Shown here piece by piece: positions 49,506 to 57,603 of a DNA stretch of 64,000 bases (within the stretch, counting starts at the first letter, position 1; every line of letters starts with the position of its first letter). The notes under the pieces are model-generated. The model did not search any database, was not told the origin of the DNA, and saw only the letters and a list, made by a program, of their open reading frames with translations. Origin of the DNA: Dehalococcoidia bacterium (lineage in GTDB: Bacteria > Chloroflexota > Dehalococcoidia > Bin125); contig OZ242037.1 in NCBI GenBank assembly GCA_965205165.1, positions 2,443,455 through 2,507,454 on the forward strand. Direction: 5' to 3'. The position numbers and the translations under genes were made by a program.

Positions 49506-51527
49506 TCAGCCGCGCCCGTTGCTCGACGCGCCGCCATGCCCATCCTCCTCTTCGTGCTCGTGCGCACAGTGCTCCGGCATCGGCACGTCCAGCCCCGGGT
49601 TGCGGTCGAAGAAGCCCCACGGCTTCATCGTGAACCCCGCCCGGTGCACCGGCGCCACCGGCCAATCCTCCGGCGTCGCCACGTGGTTCATCCCGACCGT
49701 GTACCACAGCACCACGTCCGCGTCCGTCAGCGGACGCCCCTGCGCCACCCACTTCGGCATCCCCTCGCCGCCATCGCTCTGATTCGGGTAGTCCCCCGCC
49801 GGATACCGCTCCGACGGGTCGTGCGCGGTCACCCAGAGCAGCCGGCGCGCGAACCGCGCCCGCTGCCCCACCGCCGAATCCTCCGCCGCCATCATGTCCA
49901 CCGTCTCCCCCGGCATCAGCGCGTACGCCGGCGGATTGCCCAGCGGATTGGCCGTCCCGTCGTTCGAGATCCGCCAGTGCCGCGCCGACGGCGAATGCAC
50001 CGACCTCCCGCTCTCCGCCTCGCTCGCGATCGCGACCGCCCGCGACGTGAAGGCGTTCCCGCGCGGATTCTCCGGCCCCCGCGGCAGCGGAACCGCGTCC
50101 ACCTCGTAGACCGTGTTCCGGCCGCCGTCCACCGCCATGTCCAGCCGGAAGCTGAAGAAGTGCTGGTGGATCGGCCCCGCCAGGTTCGGCGCCACCTTGT
50201 GCCGCGTGATCTGCGGATCATCGTCCGCGATCGCCGCCGTCTGGATGATCCCCGTCGCCTTCACCTCGTGTTCCCAGCTCCCGTCCTGGTAGAAGTACCA
50301 GTAGAAGCCGTAGTCGTAGTTGCCCACCGTCGCGATCGCCGACACCACCAGCCGCCGCGACCGCCGCACCCAGGACTCCGGCGCGCCCGTCTCCGGGTTC
50401 CGGTAGGTGTGCTTCCAGAGGATCCCGAAATCCTCCTCGTGGATGCAGATCGCGTTCTTGATCGTCCGCGCCCCTCCCCGCTCGTCCGTCACGACCCCGT
50501 CCATGTACGCGATCTCCCCCAGGCAGTCGCAGCCCAGCTCCAGCGAGTTGGTCAGCCGCCCCAGCCCCCCGACCTCGCCCGAATCGAACGCGTTCTTGAA
50601 GTACTGCGACGCGCCCGGATCCCCGTACGGAACCACCATCTCCGCCAGCGACGCCCGATGGCAGATCGACCGCAGCCGCGCCTCCGGCTTCCTCCCGTTC
50701 GGCGAATGCCCCGGCCCCGCCAGCGGGTCCGTCCCCGCATCGTCCCAGTACCCGATCTCGTGCAGCACCAGCCCCTCGCGCGGGTGCAGCGACACCCGCA
50801 TCTGCCACTTCTGCCAGCGCAGCAGGTGACCTTCCAGCGTGAACGACGGCCCCTCCGCCTGCACGATCTCCAGCGGCTTCACGTCCCCGCGCGGCGCGCC
50901 GCCGTGATCGTGGTCGAACCGCAGCGCCGTCTTCGGCGTCGGCCCGCCCGGCTCGTCGATGATCTCCAGCACCCGGTTCTCGACCAGGTCGACGATCGCC
51001 ACCAGCCCCTCGACAGGCCGCCCATAACCGTTGTCTTCCGGCTCGTCCCGCAGGTACGCGATCCCCTTCAGGATGCGGTGCCCCGTCTCCCACTCGCTGC
51101 CGAAGTTGCCGCCCGGCCACGGATCGATCTGGCACATCTCGAGCTCCGCCTCCGAAACGCCCCGCGCCCGCATCGCCGCACGCCAGCCCTCGTCCTCCCG
51201 GATCGCCGCCTCCGCCCGCCCGAACTCCTCCATCAGCGGAAACGCCTGCACGTCCGGCCGCGGCGTCGCCGACTCCACCACCCCCGCGTCCAAGTCGGCG
51301 ATCACTTCCGTCGCCAGACCCGTCGCCGTGTCCAGCACGATCAGCTCCGCCCGCCGCCGTGCGTCATCCGACCCCTTGGCCGGCTCCAGCCCCGCCACCA
51401 GCGGGAACCGCAGCGTCTCCGCGCCCCCCAGGTGCGCCGCTGCCAGCTCCGCCGCCCGCCCGATCTCCTCCCCCGAAAGTGGATCCAGCGGATGCACCCC
51501 CACCCGCTCCAGAGTCGCAGTCGCCAT
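49506..51527 (-). CDS. copper-containing primary-amine oxidase (TPQ cofactor), tandem paralog
   Basis: TVGNYDYGFYWYF TPQ motif, RASLAEMVVPYGDPG; GGAGG RBS upstream of ATG 51527; no signal peptide. Confidence 0.9.
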   Translation of the reverse strand: MATATLERVGVHPLDPLSGEEIGRAAELAAAHLGGAETLRFPLVAGLEPAKGSDDARRRAELIVLDTATGLATEVIADLDAGVVESATPRPDVQAFPLMEEFGRAEAAIREDEGWRAAMRARGVSEAELEMCQIDPWPGGNFGSEWETGHRILKGIAYLRDEPEDNGYGRPVEGLVAIVDLVENRVLEIIDEPGGPTPKTALRFDHDHGGAPRGDVKPLEIVQAEGPSFTLEGHLLRWQKWQMRVSLHPREGLVLHEIGYWDDAGTDPLAGPGHSPNGRKPEARLRSICHRASLAEMVVPYGDPGASQYFKNAFDSGEVGGLGRLTNSLELGCDCLGEIAYMDGVVTDERGGARTIKNAICIHEEDFGILWKHTYRNPETGAPESWVRRSRRLVVSAIATVGNYDYGFYWYFYQDGSWEHEVKATGIIQTAAIADDDPQITRHKVAPNLAGPIHQHFFSFRLDMAVDGGRNTVYEVDAVPLPRGPENPRGNAFTSRAVAIASEAESGRSVHSPSARHWRISNDGTANPLGNPPAYALMPGETVDMMAAEDSAVGQRARFARRLLWVTAHDPSERYPAGDYPNQSDGGEGMPKWVAQGRPLTDADVVLWYTVGMNHVATPEDWPVAPVHRAGFTMKPWGFFDRNPGLDVPMPEHCAHEHEEEDGHGGASSNGRG

Positions 51528-51615
51528 AACGCACCTCCTCGGGCCCGATCTCCCGCGAGCATAGCGATCCCTGCACCCCTAATCCCGCCCATACCAGCTG
51601 CGGACATCTCTCCGC

Positions 51616-51900
51616 CCCCGAACTGCCAAACAACTGCAACAGCTGCAAACCCGCCCATGGCAGTCCGAATCAGCGTCAAACGACGGCGTTCCCCCCGTTT
51701 CCGCCCTGTACTGCCAACCTGCTGTCAACGCTGCAAACCCTTCCGCGACAGCCCCGATCCGCGCCAGCGCCGGACCCCCGCCCCGTACTGCCAAACAACT
51801 GCAACAGCTGTAAAACCACCCTTGACACCTCGGCTTCCCAAGGAATTCCGCGCCCGAACCGCGCACCGGGCCCCTACTGCAACGCCAACTGTCAAACTCC
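51616..51900. repeat. four degenerate ~30-bp direct repeats (TACTGCCAA-n-CTGCAAC-n-CTGCAAACC type) in the promoter region of the amine-oxidase operon
   Basis: Copies at ~51622-51651, 51709-51740, 51786-51817 (near-identical to copy 1) and 51875-51900; each made of three CTGCAA-like heptamers spaced ~10 bp. Confidence 0.5.
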
Positions 51901-51917
51901 TGCCTCTCCCCCGCCCG

Positions 51918-53327
51918 TCAATTGCCGAGCGTCCAGTACGCCCGCGGATCATTGCGGCTGCCGCCCACCCGCCGCGCCAGCTCCGCCTCGGCCAGCCGGG
52001 TCAGGTGCCGCAGCGCCGTCGGCCGCGAGACCCCCTCCAGCGCCGCCGCCTCCGCCGTCCCCAGCCGCCCCGCCCGCTTCAGGTGCTCGTACACCCGCTG
52101 CGTCGCCGCCGGCAGCTCGGCCAGCCGCCTCAGCTCGGGCGCCGGCGCGCGCAGCGTGATCTTGACCCCGCCCGCCGTCTGCCGGATCTCCGGCGGCGGG
52201 CGCCGGTTCGACTCCATCACCTCCGCCATCCGCCGCAGCCCCTCGCCCACGTCCTGCCCGTACCGCAGCTGCCCCATCACCCGCGCGATCCGCGGGTTCC
52301 GCGCCGCCCGCCGCACGTTCGCCAAGTCCCGCGGCGGCGGCCCGCTCGCGAACCGGCCCGGACTCGACACCTCGATCCGGTCGTCGAAGATCTGCACCCG
52401 GACGTGATCCCCGAAATCGCTGTACGCCCGGTGCAGCACCGCGTTCACCAGCGCTTCCATCCACGCCGCGTCCGGCACGATCGGAAACCAGTCGAAGCGC
52501 CCGTCCGCCCCAAGCTGCCGCCACTTCGGCAGCTGCTCCCGGATGAAGCCCGCCGCCTCGTCGATCTGCCGCGGCAGCGGCCCTTGGCAGTAGCGGTCCG
52601 CCCGCAAATTCTGATCCTCCCCCGTCCGCGCCTCCTTCCCCTCGTAGCGCAGCGTCCGCACCAGCGCCTGCGGAAACGCCCGCTGCGGATTCACCCCGAA
52701 CAGCAGCGCTCCCGCCGTCAGCAGCTGCCCGTCGCCGCCCACCAGCGGCATCGCGTTCAGCACCCGCCCGGGATCCGGATGCCCTATCTGCTCCGCGTAC
52801 GACGCCAGCGCCCCCTCGTCCAGCTCGATCTCCGATCCCGCCGGCACCGGCCGCAGCTCGAACGCGATCTCCCCCCGCTCGTACTCCAGCAGCAGCCGCT
52901 CGTCGAATGTCAGCTTGTGGTTCGAGTCGCCCACCCGCGCGAACACCTCGTCCTTGCGGTTCGCATGCACCCGGTCCCCCGGCGGCACCTCGATCACGAA
53001 CACGTGATCGGCATCGCCCGCCCGGTTGACGCAGTCCAGCAGCGAAGCCTCGTAGGGCACCGGCGGAACCGTGAACTGCACCCCCGCCCGCCGCCAGTCG
53101 TTCTGGACCCGCTCCTTCGAATCGACCCCCTCGCACTCGCCCCCGCTCAGCCCGATCACCAGCACCCCGCCGTCCGCGTTGGCCAGCGCCACCAGCGGAT
53201 TCGCCAACTCCCGCGCCTTGATCCGCGCCGACTTGCGGTCGTACCACTGCCCCTCCGGCTCTCCCAGCAGCACCCGCGTCACCTCATCGGGCGGCATCAA
53301 CCTCAGGCGTTCGACCGGCGGCAGCAT
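51918..53327 (-). CDS. Schlafen-like AlbA_2 (divergent AAA) / HATPase_c_4 / C-terminal wHTH protein (putative DNA-binding regulator, RecG-C-like)
   Basis: N-terminal AlbA_2-like block (PLVALANADGGVLVIGL), central HATPase_c_4 block (NAVLHRAYSDFGDHVRVQIFDDRIEVSSPG...RNPRIARVM), C-terminal HTH (VYEHLKRAGRLGTAEAAALEGVSRPTALRHLTRL); start at ATG 53327 (track ORF begins at TTG 53351). Confidence 0.78.
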   Translation of the reverse strand: MLPPVERLRLMPPDEVTRVLLGEPEGQWYDRKSARIKARELANPLVALANADGGVLVIGLSGGECEGVDSKERVQNDWRRAGVQFTVPPVPYEASLLDCVNRAGDADHVFVIEVPPGDRVHANRKDEVFARVGDSNHKLTFDERLLLEYERGEIAFELRPVPAGSEIELDEGALASYAEQIGHPDPGRVLNAMPLVGGDGQLLTAGALLFGVNPQRAFPQALVRTLRYEGKEARTGEDQNLRADRYCQGPLPRQIDEAAGFIREQLPKWRQLGADGRFDWFPIVPDAAWMEALVNAVLHRAYSDFGDHVRVQIFDDRIEVSSPGRFASGPPPRDLANVRRAARNPRIARVMGQLRYGQDVGEGLRRMAEVMESNRRPPPEIRQTAGGVKITLRAPAPELRRLAELPAATQRVYEHLKRAGRLGTAEAAALEGVSRPTALRHLTRLAEAELARRVGGSRNDPRAYWTLGN

Positions 53328-53342
53328 CGTTCCAGTGTAATC

Positions 53343-53443
53343 TACTGCCAAATTGTTGCACTACACCTCACGCAGTCTCCGCCTCTGAACCGGCACCGAT
53401 GAAGCGCAACTGCAACAAGCTGCCAAATTGTTGCACCTCAGCT
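53343..53443. repeat. two further copies of the CTGCCAA..TTGCAC repeat immediately upstream of the AlbA_2/HATPase_c_4 gene
   Basis: CTGCCAAATTGTTGCAC at 53346-53362 (16-34 bp upstream of the ATG) and again at 53420-53436, the second preceded by AACTGCAACAAG. Confidence 0.45.
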
Positions 53444-53477
53444 GATTCCGAACGTGAACCGTCGCGACCGCTGCCGC

Positions 53478-53520
53478 GGAAAAGGTGAACGGGGCGCGGG
53501 CGATCCGCCCGCGCCCCGTT
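53478..53520 (-). terminator. intrinsic terminator candidate: perfect 15-bp GC-rich hairpin followed (minus strand) by CTTTTCC
   Basis: AACGGGGCGCGGGCG-atc-CGCCCGCGCCCCGTT (53488-53520) located ~30 nt downstream of thiolase stop on minus strand; T-tract 53480-53483 on minus strand. Confidence 0.55.
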
Positions 53521-53550
53521 CCTCGGTGCGCTCTTGCGCCGGCGGCGCCG

Positions 53551-54855
53551 CTAGACGGCTTCGAGGATGGTGCTGATCCCCATCCCCGCGCCGATGCACT
53601 GCGTCGCCAGCCCGTACTTGCTGCCGCTCCGCTGCAGCTCGCGGGCCACCGTCGTGACCAGCCGCGTCCCCGTCGCGCCCAGCGGGTGCCCGATCGCCAA
53701 GCTGCCGCCGTTCACGTTCACCGCGTCCGGGTTCAGCCCGATCTCCTGCACGCTCGGGATCACCTGCGCCGCGAACGCCTCGTTGAACTCGATCCGGTCG
53801 ATCTCGCCCGCTTCCACGCCCGCGTGCGCCAGCGCCTTCCGCGTCGCCGGCACCGGGCCCAGCCCCATGATCTGCGGCTTCACGCCGCCGACCCCGAAGC
53901 CGATCAGCCGCGCCAGCGGCTCCAAGCCCAGCTCCGCCGCCTTCCGCTCGCTCATCAGCAGCGCCGCCGTGAACCCGTCGTTCGTCGGGCAGCTGTTGCC
54001 CGCCGTGATCCGGATCTCCTCCTGCTGGTGGCTCACCGTCCCGCGGACCGTCCGCAGCCCGCTCAGCCCCTCGAAGTTCGTCCCCGGCCGGAAGCCCTCG
54101 TCGACGTCCACCACCTTCTTCTCGCCCCGCTCCTCCAGCAGCAGGTTGCCCTCGTCGTCGAACACCGGCAGCTCGACCTCGACCGGCACGATCTCGTCCT
54201 TGTAGAATCCCGCCGCCGTCGCCGCGCCGTACTTGCGGTGGCTCTCCACCGCGAACTCGTCCAGCGTCTCGCGGCTCAGGTCGTACATCTCCGCCACGTT
54301 CTGCGCCGTTTGCAGCATCGAGCAGACCGGCGACGAATCCAGGATCGCGTCCGGGATCGGCACCGAGAAGTCCAGCCCGTGGTCGTGCGCCAAGTTGCGC
54401 TGCTGCTCCGTCATCTCGTGCCGCTTCGAGTTGAACTCGGTGATCCGGTTCGGCTCCGCGCCGCCCCCGCCGCCGAGCTGCCGCCCCATCCGCTCCACGC
54501 CCAGCGCGATCCCCACGTCGATCGCCCCGACCATCACCTCCTGCGCCACCCGGTGCAGCGTCTCCATCGACGACCCGCACTGCCGGTTCGAGTCGAACGT
54601 GCAGACCGACTCCGGCAGCCCCGCCAGCCGTGCGATGTGGTTCGCGCCGATCCCCGCCAGCTCGGCCACGCCGCCGACGCAGCCCATGCCCACGTCCTCG
54701 ATCATCTCCGGCTTCACCTCGGGGTTCCGGTTCAGCAGCGCCTGCAGCACCTGCACCCCCACGTCGTCGAGCCGGGTCGCGGTGAACGCCCCCCGCCCTC
54801 CGCGCGTGAAGGCCGAGCGCGCACCGTCCACGATCACCACATTCTGGAGTTCCAT
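53551..54855 (-). CDS. acetyl-CoA C-acyltransferase (thiolase)
   Basis: Thiolase active-site Cys context (NRQCGSSMETL), C-terminal His/Cys motifs (NVNGGSLAIGHPLGATG; CIGAGMG). Confidence 0.9.
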   Translation of the reverse strand: MELQNVVIVDGARSAFTRGGRGAFTATRLDDVGVQVLQALLNRNPEVKPEMIEDVGMGCVGGVAELAGIGANHIARLAGLPESVCTFDSNRQCGSSMETLHRVAQEVMVGAIDVGIALGVERMGRQLGGGGGAEPNRITEFNSKRHEMTEQQRNLAHDHGLDFSVPIPDAILDSSPVCSMLQTAQNVAEMYDLSRETLDEFAVESHRKYGAATAAGFYKDEIVPVEVELPVFDDEGNLLLEERGEKKVVDVDEGFRPGTNFEGLSGLRTVRGTVSHQQEEIRITAGNSCPTNDGFTAALLMSERKAAELGLEPLARLIGFGVGGVKPQIMGLGPVPATRKALAHAGVEAGEIDRIEFNEAFAAQVIPSVQEIGLNPDAVNVNGGSLAIGHPLGATGTRLVTTVARELQRSGSKYGLATQCIGAGMGISTILEAV

Positions 54856-54909
54856 CTCTGCGTCCTTTCGCCGGTCCGGCGTCCGTTCCTTCTCCGCGCG
54901 CGTGCGCGG

Positions 54910-56094
54910 TCAGTCCACCTCGTGATGATAGACCCGCGCCGCGTTCCGCTGCAGCACGTTCCGCAGGTCCTCCTCGGGCAGCGCGCTCAGCACCTGCTCC
55001 ACGTGGTCCTTCGGCGCCAGCGCGGTCGACGCCGGCCCCGGCGAAATGCTGGTCGGGTGCGGGAAGTCCGTCTCGAACAGCAGGTTCTCCGAGCCGATCA
55101 TCTCAATCGACTTCAGCGCCGACGCGCCCTCGAACCAGAAGCAGGCGTAGCACTGCCGCTTGAAGTACTCGCTCGGCAGCAGGTCCATCTCGGGGTGCTC
55201 CTCGATGCAGCCCGAATTCTCCCACTGCCAGTCCATCGCCTCCAGCAGGTACGGCACCCAGCCCACCCCGCTCTCCACCGACACGAAATTCAGCTTCGGG
55301 AAGCGGTGGCACATCCCCGACAAGATCACGTCCAGCACCGCGTTCGAGTTGTCCAGGAACAGCTTCACCGTCGACTTCGCGTACGCCGCCTGCCGCCCGT
55401 TGTCCACCGTGATGTTGCGCAGCTCCGTCAGATCCCCCGATCCGATGTGGAAGTTGATCGACAGCCCCATGTCCTCCGCCTGGTGCCACAGCGGATCCCA
55501 GTGCCGTTCCGTCAGCCGCGGCAGCCCGAAGACGTGCGGCTGATTCGTCATCAGCACGCCCTTGTGCCCAAGCCCGTGCGCCCGCTGCATCTCCTCCACG
55601 CACGCCTGCACGTCCCAGAACGGCATCGCCATGATCGGAATGAACCGCTCCGGCGCCGCGCTCGTCCACTCGATCAGGAAGTCGTTGTAGGCCCGCACGC
55701 ACTCCAGCCGCAGCGCCTCGTCCGTCAGCGTCAGGAAATTCCCGCTGCCGAACCCGCCCACGTTCGGGTACACCACCTGCGCCCACATCCCGTACTCGTC
55801 CATCCGCTCCAGCCGGTCGCGCATGTCGAACGAGCCGTGGTCCGCCTCGCGCAGGCTCGGCGGATGGCTCGGCGGCGGCTCCTTCCAGCCCGCCATCGCC
55901 GCGCCCGCCGTCGGCATGAACTTCTTCCCGCCCATCACCCAGCGGTCCTCGTTGATCTCCGGATCGAAGATCACGTGCGGCACCAAATCCCCCCACTTCT
56001 TCGTCGACACCCGCTCCGTCCACAGCGTCTCCGGCTCCGACACGTGCGTGTCCGCATCGATCACCTTGATCCGATCGACGATCATCTCGGCCAT
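54910..56094 (-). CDS. amidohydrolase-2 family (TIM-barrel metal-dependent hydrolase/decarboxylase)
   Basis: N-terminal IDADTHV metal-binding His pair, C-terminal FETDFPH; PF04909-like. Confidence 0.78.
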   Translation of the reverse strand: MAEMIVDRIKVIDADTHVSEPETLWTERVSTKKWGDLVPHVIFDPEINEDRWVMGGKKFMPTAGAAMAGWKEPPPSHPPSLREADHGSFDMRDRLERMDEYGMWAQVVYPNVGGFGSGNFLTLTDEALRLECVRAYNDFLIEWTSAAPERFIPIMAMPFWDVQACVEEMQRAHGLGHKGVLMTNQPHVFGLPRLTERHWDPLWHQAEDMGLSINFHIGSGDLTELRNITVDNGRQAAYAKSTVKLFLDNSNAVLDVILSGMCHRFPKLNFVSVESGVGWVPYLLEAMDWQWENSGCIEEHPEMDLLPSEYFKRQCYACFWFEGASALKSIEMIGSENLLFETDFPHPTSISPGPASTALAPKDHVEQVLSALPEEDLRNVLQRNAARVYHHEVD

Positions 56095-56211
56095 CTTCGA
56101 TCTCCGTCCCGCCGCCCCGAACGCTCCGCCGGCGGCTCTGCATAAGCTAACAACTCCGCCAAGTCAACGCCTCCCGCCCGAGCGGTACCATCACCCCCGG
56201 AGGCTCTCCCG

Positions 56212-56871
56212 ATGGTCATGGCAGCCGAAACCCCGTTGGCGCGGATCGACGCGGCCGCCCAATCCGCCCGCGCCCGCGGCAAAGCCCGAATCCGCCCGGG
56301 CTGCCCGGTCACCGTCGACCTCCTCGAGCGACTCTCGATCCGCCACGACGACCTCTGGTTCGAAGGCGGCTCAAGGGAGGAGATCATCATCAGCGCTGCA
56401 TCGCGCGGCCGCGTGCCCCAAGTGCTGCTGGGCATCGCCGGCCAGCTGTTCAACTGGTTCGTCCAACGCGGCATCACTTGGGGCCGAACGACCGACGGCG
56501 CGTTCCACCCGCCCGGCTGGGTGCCCAAAATCCCGGACATCAGCTGGGTCAGCCCCGAACGCGAAGCGCTCGCCAAGGTGGACGGCAAACTCCCCGCCTT
56601 CTGGCCCATCGCCCCCGATTTCGTCGTCGAAATCGTCTCCGAAACCGACTCCCTCGCCGACCAGCTCGAAAAGATGGCCGGCTGGATCGAGCACGGTTCC
56701 CTGCTCGGCCTAGTCGTCGACCCCGCCGCCCGAACCGTCTACATCCACCGCCCCGGCGAACCCGCTGATCGCCGCGTCCGCCCCGCCCAGATCGACTGCG
56801 ACCCGGAAGTCCCCGGCTTCAAGATCGACTTCGCCCTGATCTGGCAGTTCCTCGATCAATCCGGCGACTGA
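56212..56871 (+). CDS. Uma2-family (DUF820, PD-(D/E)xK fold) putative endonuclease
   Basis: Conserved ...PDFVVEIVSETD...(D/E) motif typical of Uma2; 219 aa. Confidence 0.78.
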   Translation: MVMAAETPLARIDAAAQSARARGKARIRPGCPVTVDLLERLSIRHDDLWFEGGSREEIIISAASRGRVPQVLLGIAGQLFNWFVQRGITWGRTTDGAFHPPGWVPKIPDISWVSPEREALAKVDGKLPAFWPIAPDFVVEIVSETDSLADQLEKMAGWIEHGSLLGLVVDPAARTVYIHRPGEPADRRVRPAQIDCDPEVPGFKIDFALIWQFLDQSGD

Positions 56872-56919
56872 CTTTCCCCGGGCTCCCCTGCCGGCCGACG
56901 TTCACCAAGCCCAAGTAAG

Positions 56920-57594
56920 ATGTCTCTCGGAGGATCGCCGATGGTGACCGCAACGGCACAGCCGCTCGATCAAGTCGAGGCAGCCGCGCAATCAGCCCTC
57001 GCGCACGGCAAGGCGCGCGTGTACCTCGGCTGCCCGATCACCGCCGACCTCCTCGAACTGCTGTCGGCGCGGCACGACGGCCTCGCCTTCGAAGGCGGGC
57101 GGGAAGGCGAGGTCATCATCAGCGGGGCAACGCCCGGTCTCATCCCCGAAGTCGGATCGCTCCTCAACGCCCAAGTCGGCAACTGCCTGCTCGCTCAAGG
57201 CGAGCGCGTCTCCCGCGCTCAAGACGGCGCATTCGATCCGCCCGGTTGGACGCCCAAAATCCCCGACCTCAGCTGGGTCAGCGCCCAACGCCGCGCCCTC
57301 GCCCTGCGCGACGGCAAGCTTCCCCCCTATTGGCCCGTCGCACCCGACTTCGTCGTCGAAATCGTCTCCGAAACTGACTCCCTCGCCGACCAGCTCGAAA
57401 AGATGGCTGGTTGGATCGAGCACGGCTCCCTGCTCGGCTTGGTCGTCGACCCACGCAGCGAAACCGTCTACGTCCACCGCCCCGGCAGCCCTGCCGAAGA
57501 ACACGCCAGCCCCGACGAGATTGACTGCCGCCCCGAGGTCCCGAACCTGATCCTCGACTTCGCCTCGATCTGGCGCTACCTGGCCGACGCCTGA
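56920..57594 (+). CDS. Uma2-family putative endonuclease, tandem paralog
   Basis: Same architecture; shares a >90% identical ~110-nt block (56621-56730 vs 57343-57452) with the upstream copy. Confidence 0.78.
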   Translation: MSLGGSPMVTATAQPLDQVEAAAQSALAHGKARVYLGCPITADLLELLSARHDGLAFEGGREGEVIISGATPGLIPEVGSLLNAQVGNCLLAQGERVSRAQDGAFDPPGWTPKIPDLSWVSAQRRALALRDGKLPPYWPVAPDFVVEIVSETDSLADQLEKMAGWIEHGSLLGLVVDPRSETVYVHRPGSPAEEHASPDEIDCRPEVPNLILDFASIWRYLADA

Positions 57595-57603
57595 CGCAGC
57601 CCG

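Noticed and set aside
51616-51900. Reading the four upstream repeats as a mini CRISPR array
   Set aside because: Copies are degenerate rather than identical, spacing is irregular (109, 76, 88 bp), there is no leader or cas context, and two more copies sit on the other side of a gene.
49092-53402. 1436-aa plus-strand ORF spanning both amine oxidase genes and the AlbA_2 gene
   Set aside because: It is antisense to three well-supported minus-strand genes. Its Arg/Pro/His-rich, low-complexity translation is typical of stop-codon-poor antisense frames in 70% GC DNA.
51616-53443. Reading the CTGCCAAATTGTTGCA repeats as sigma-54 (-24 TGGCAC / -12 TTGCA) promoters
   Set aside because: GG is replaced by GC, spacing is one bp short of consensus, and the elements are oriented on the plus strand whereas both flanking genes are transcribed on the minus strand.
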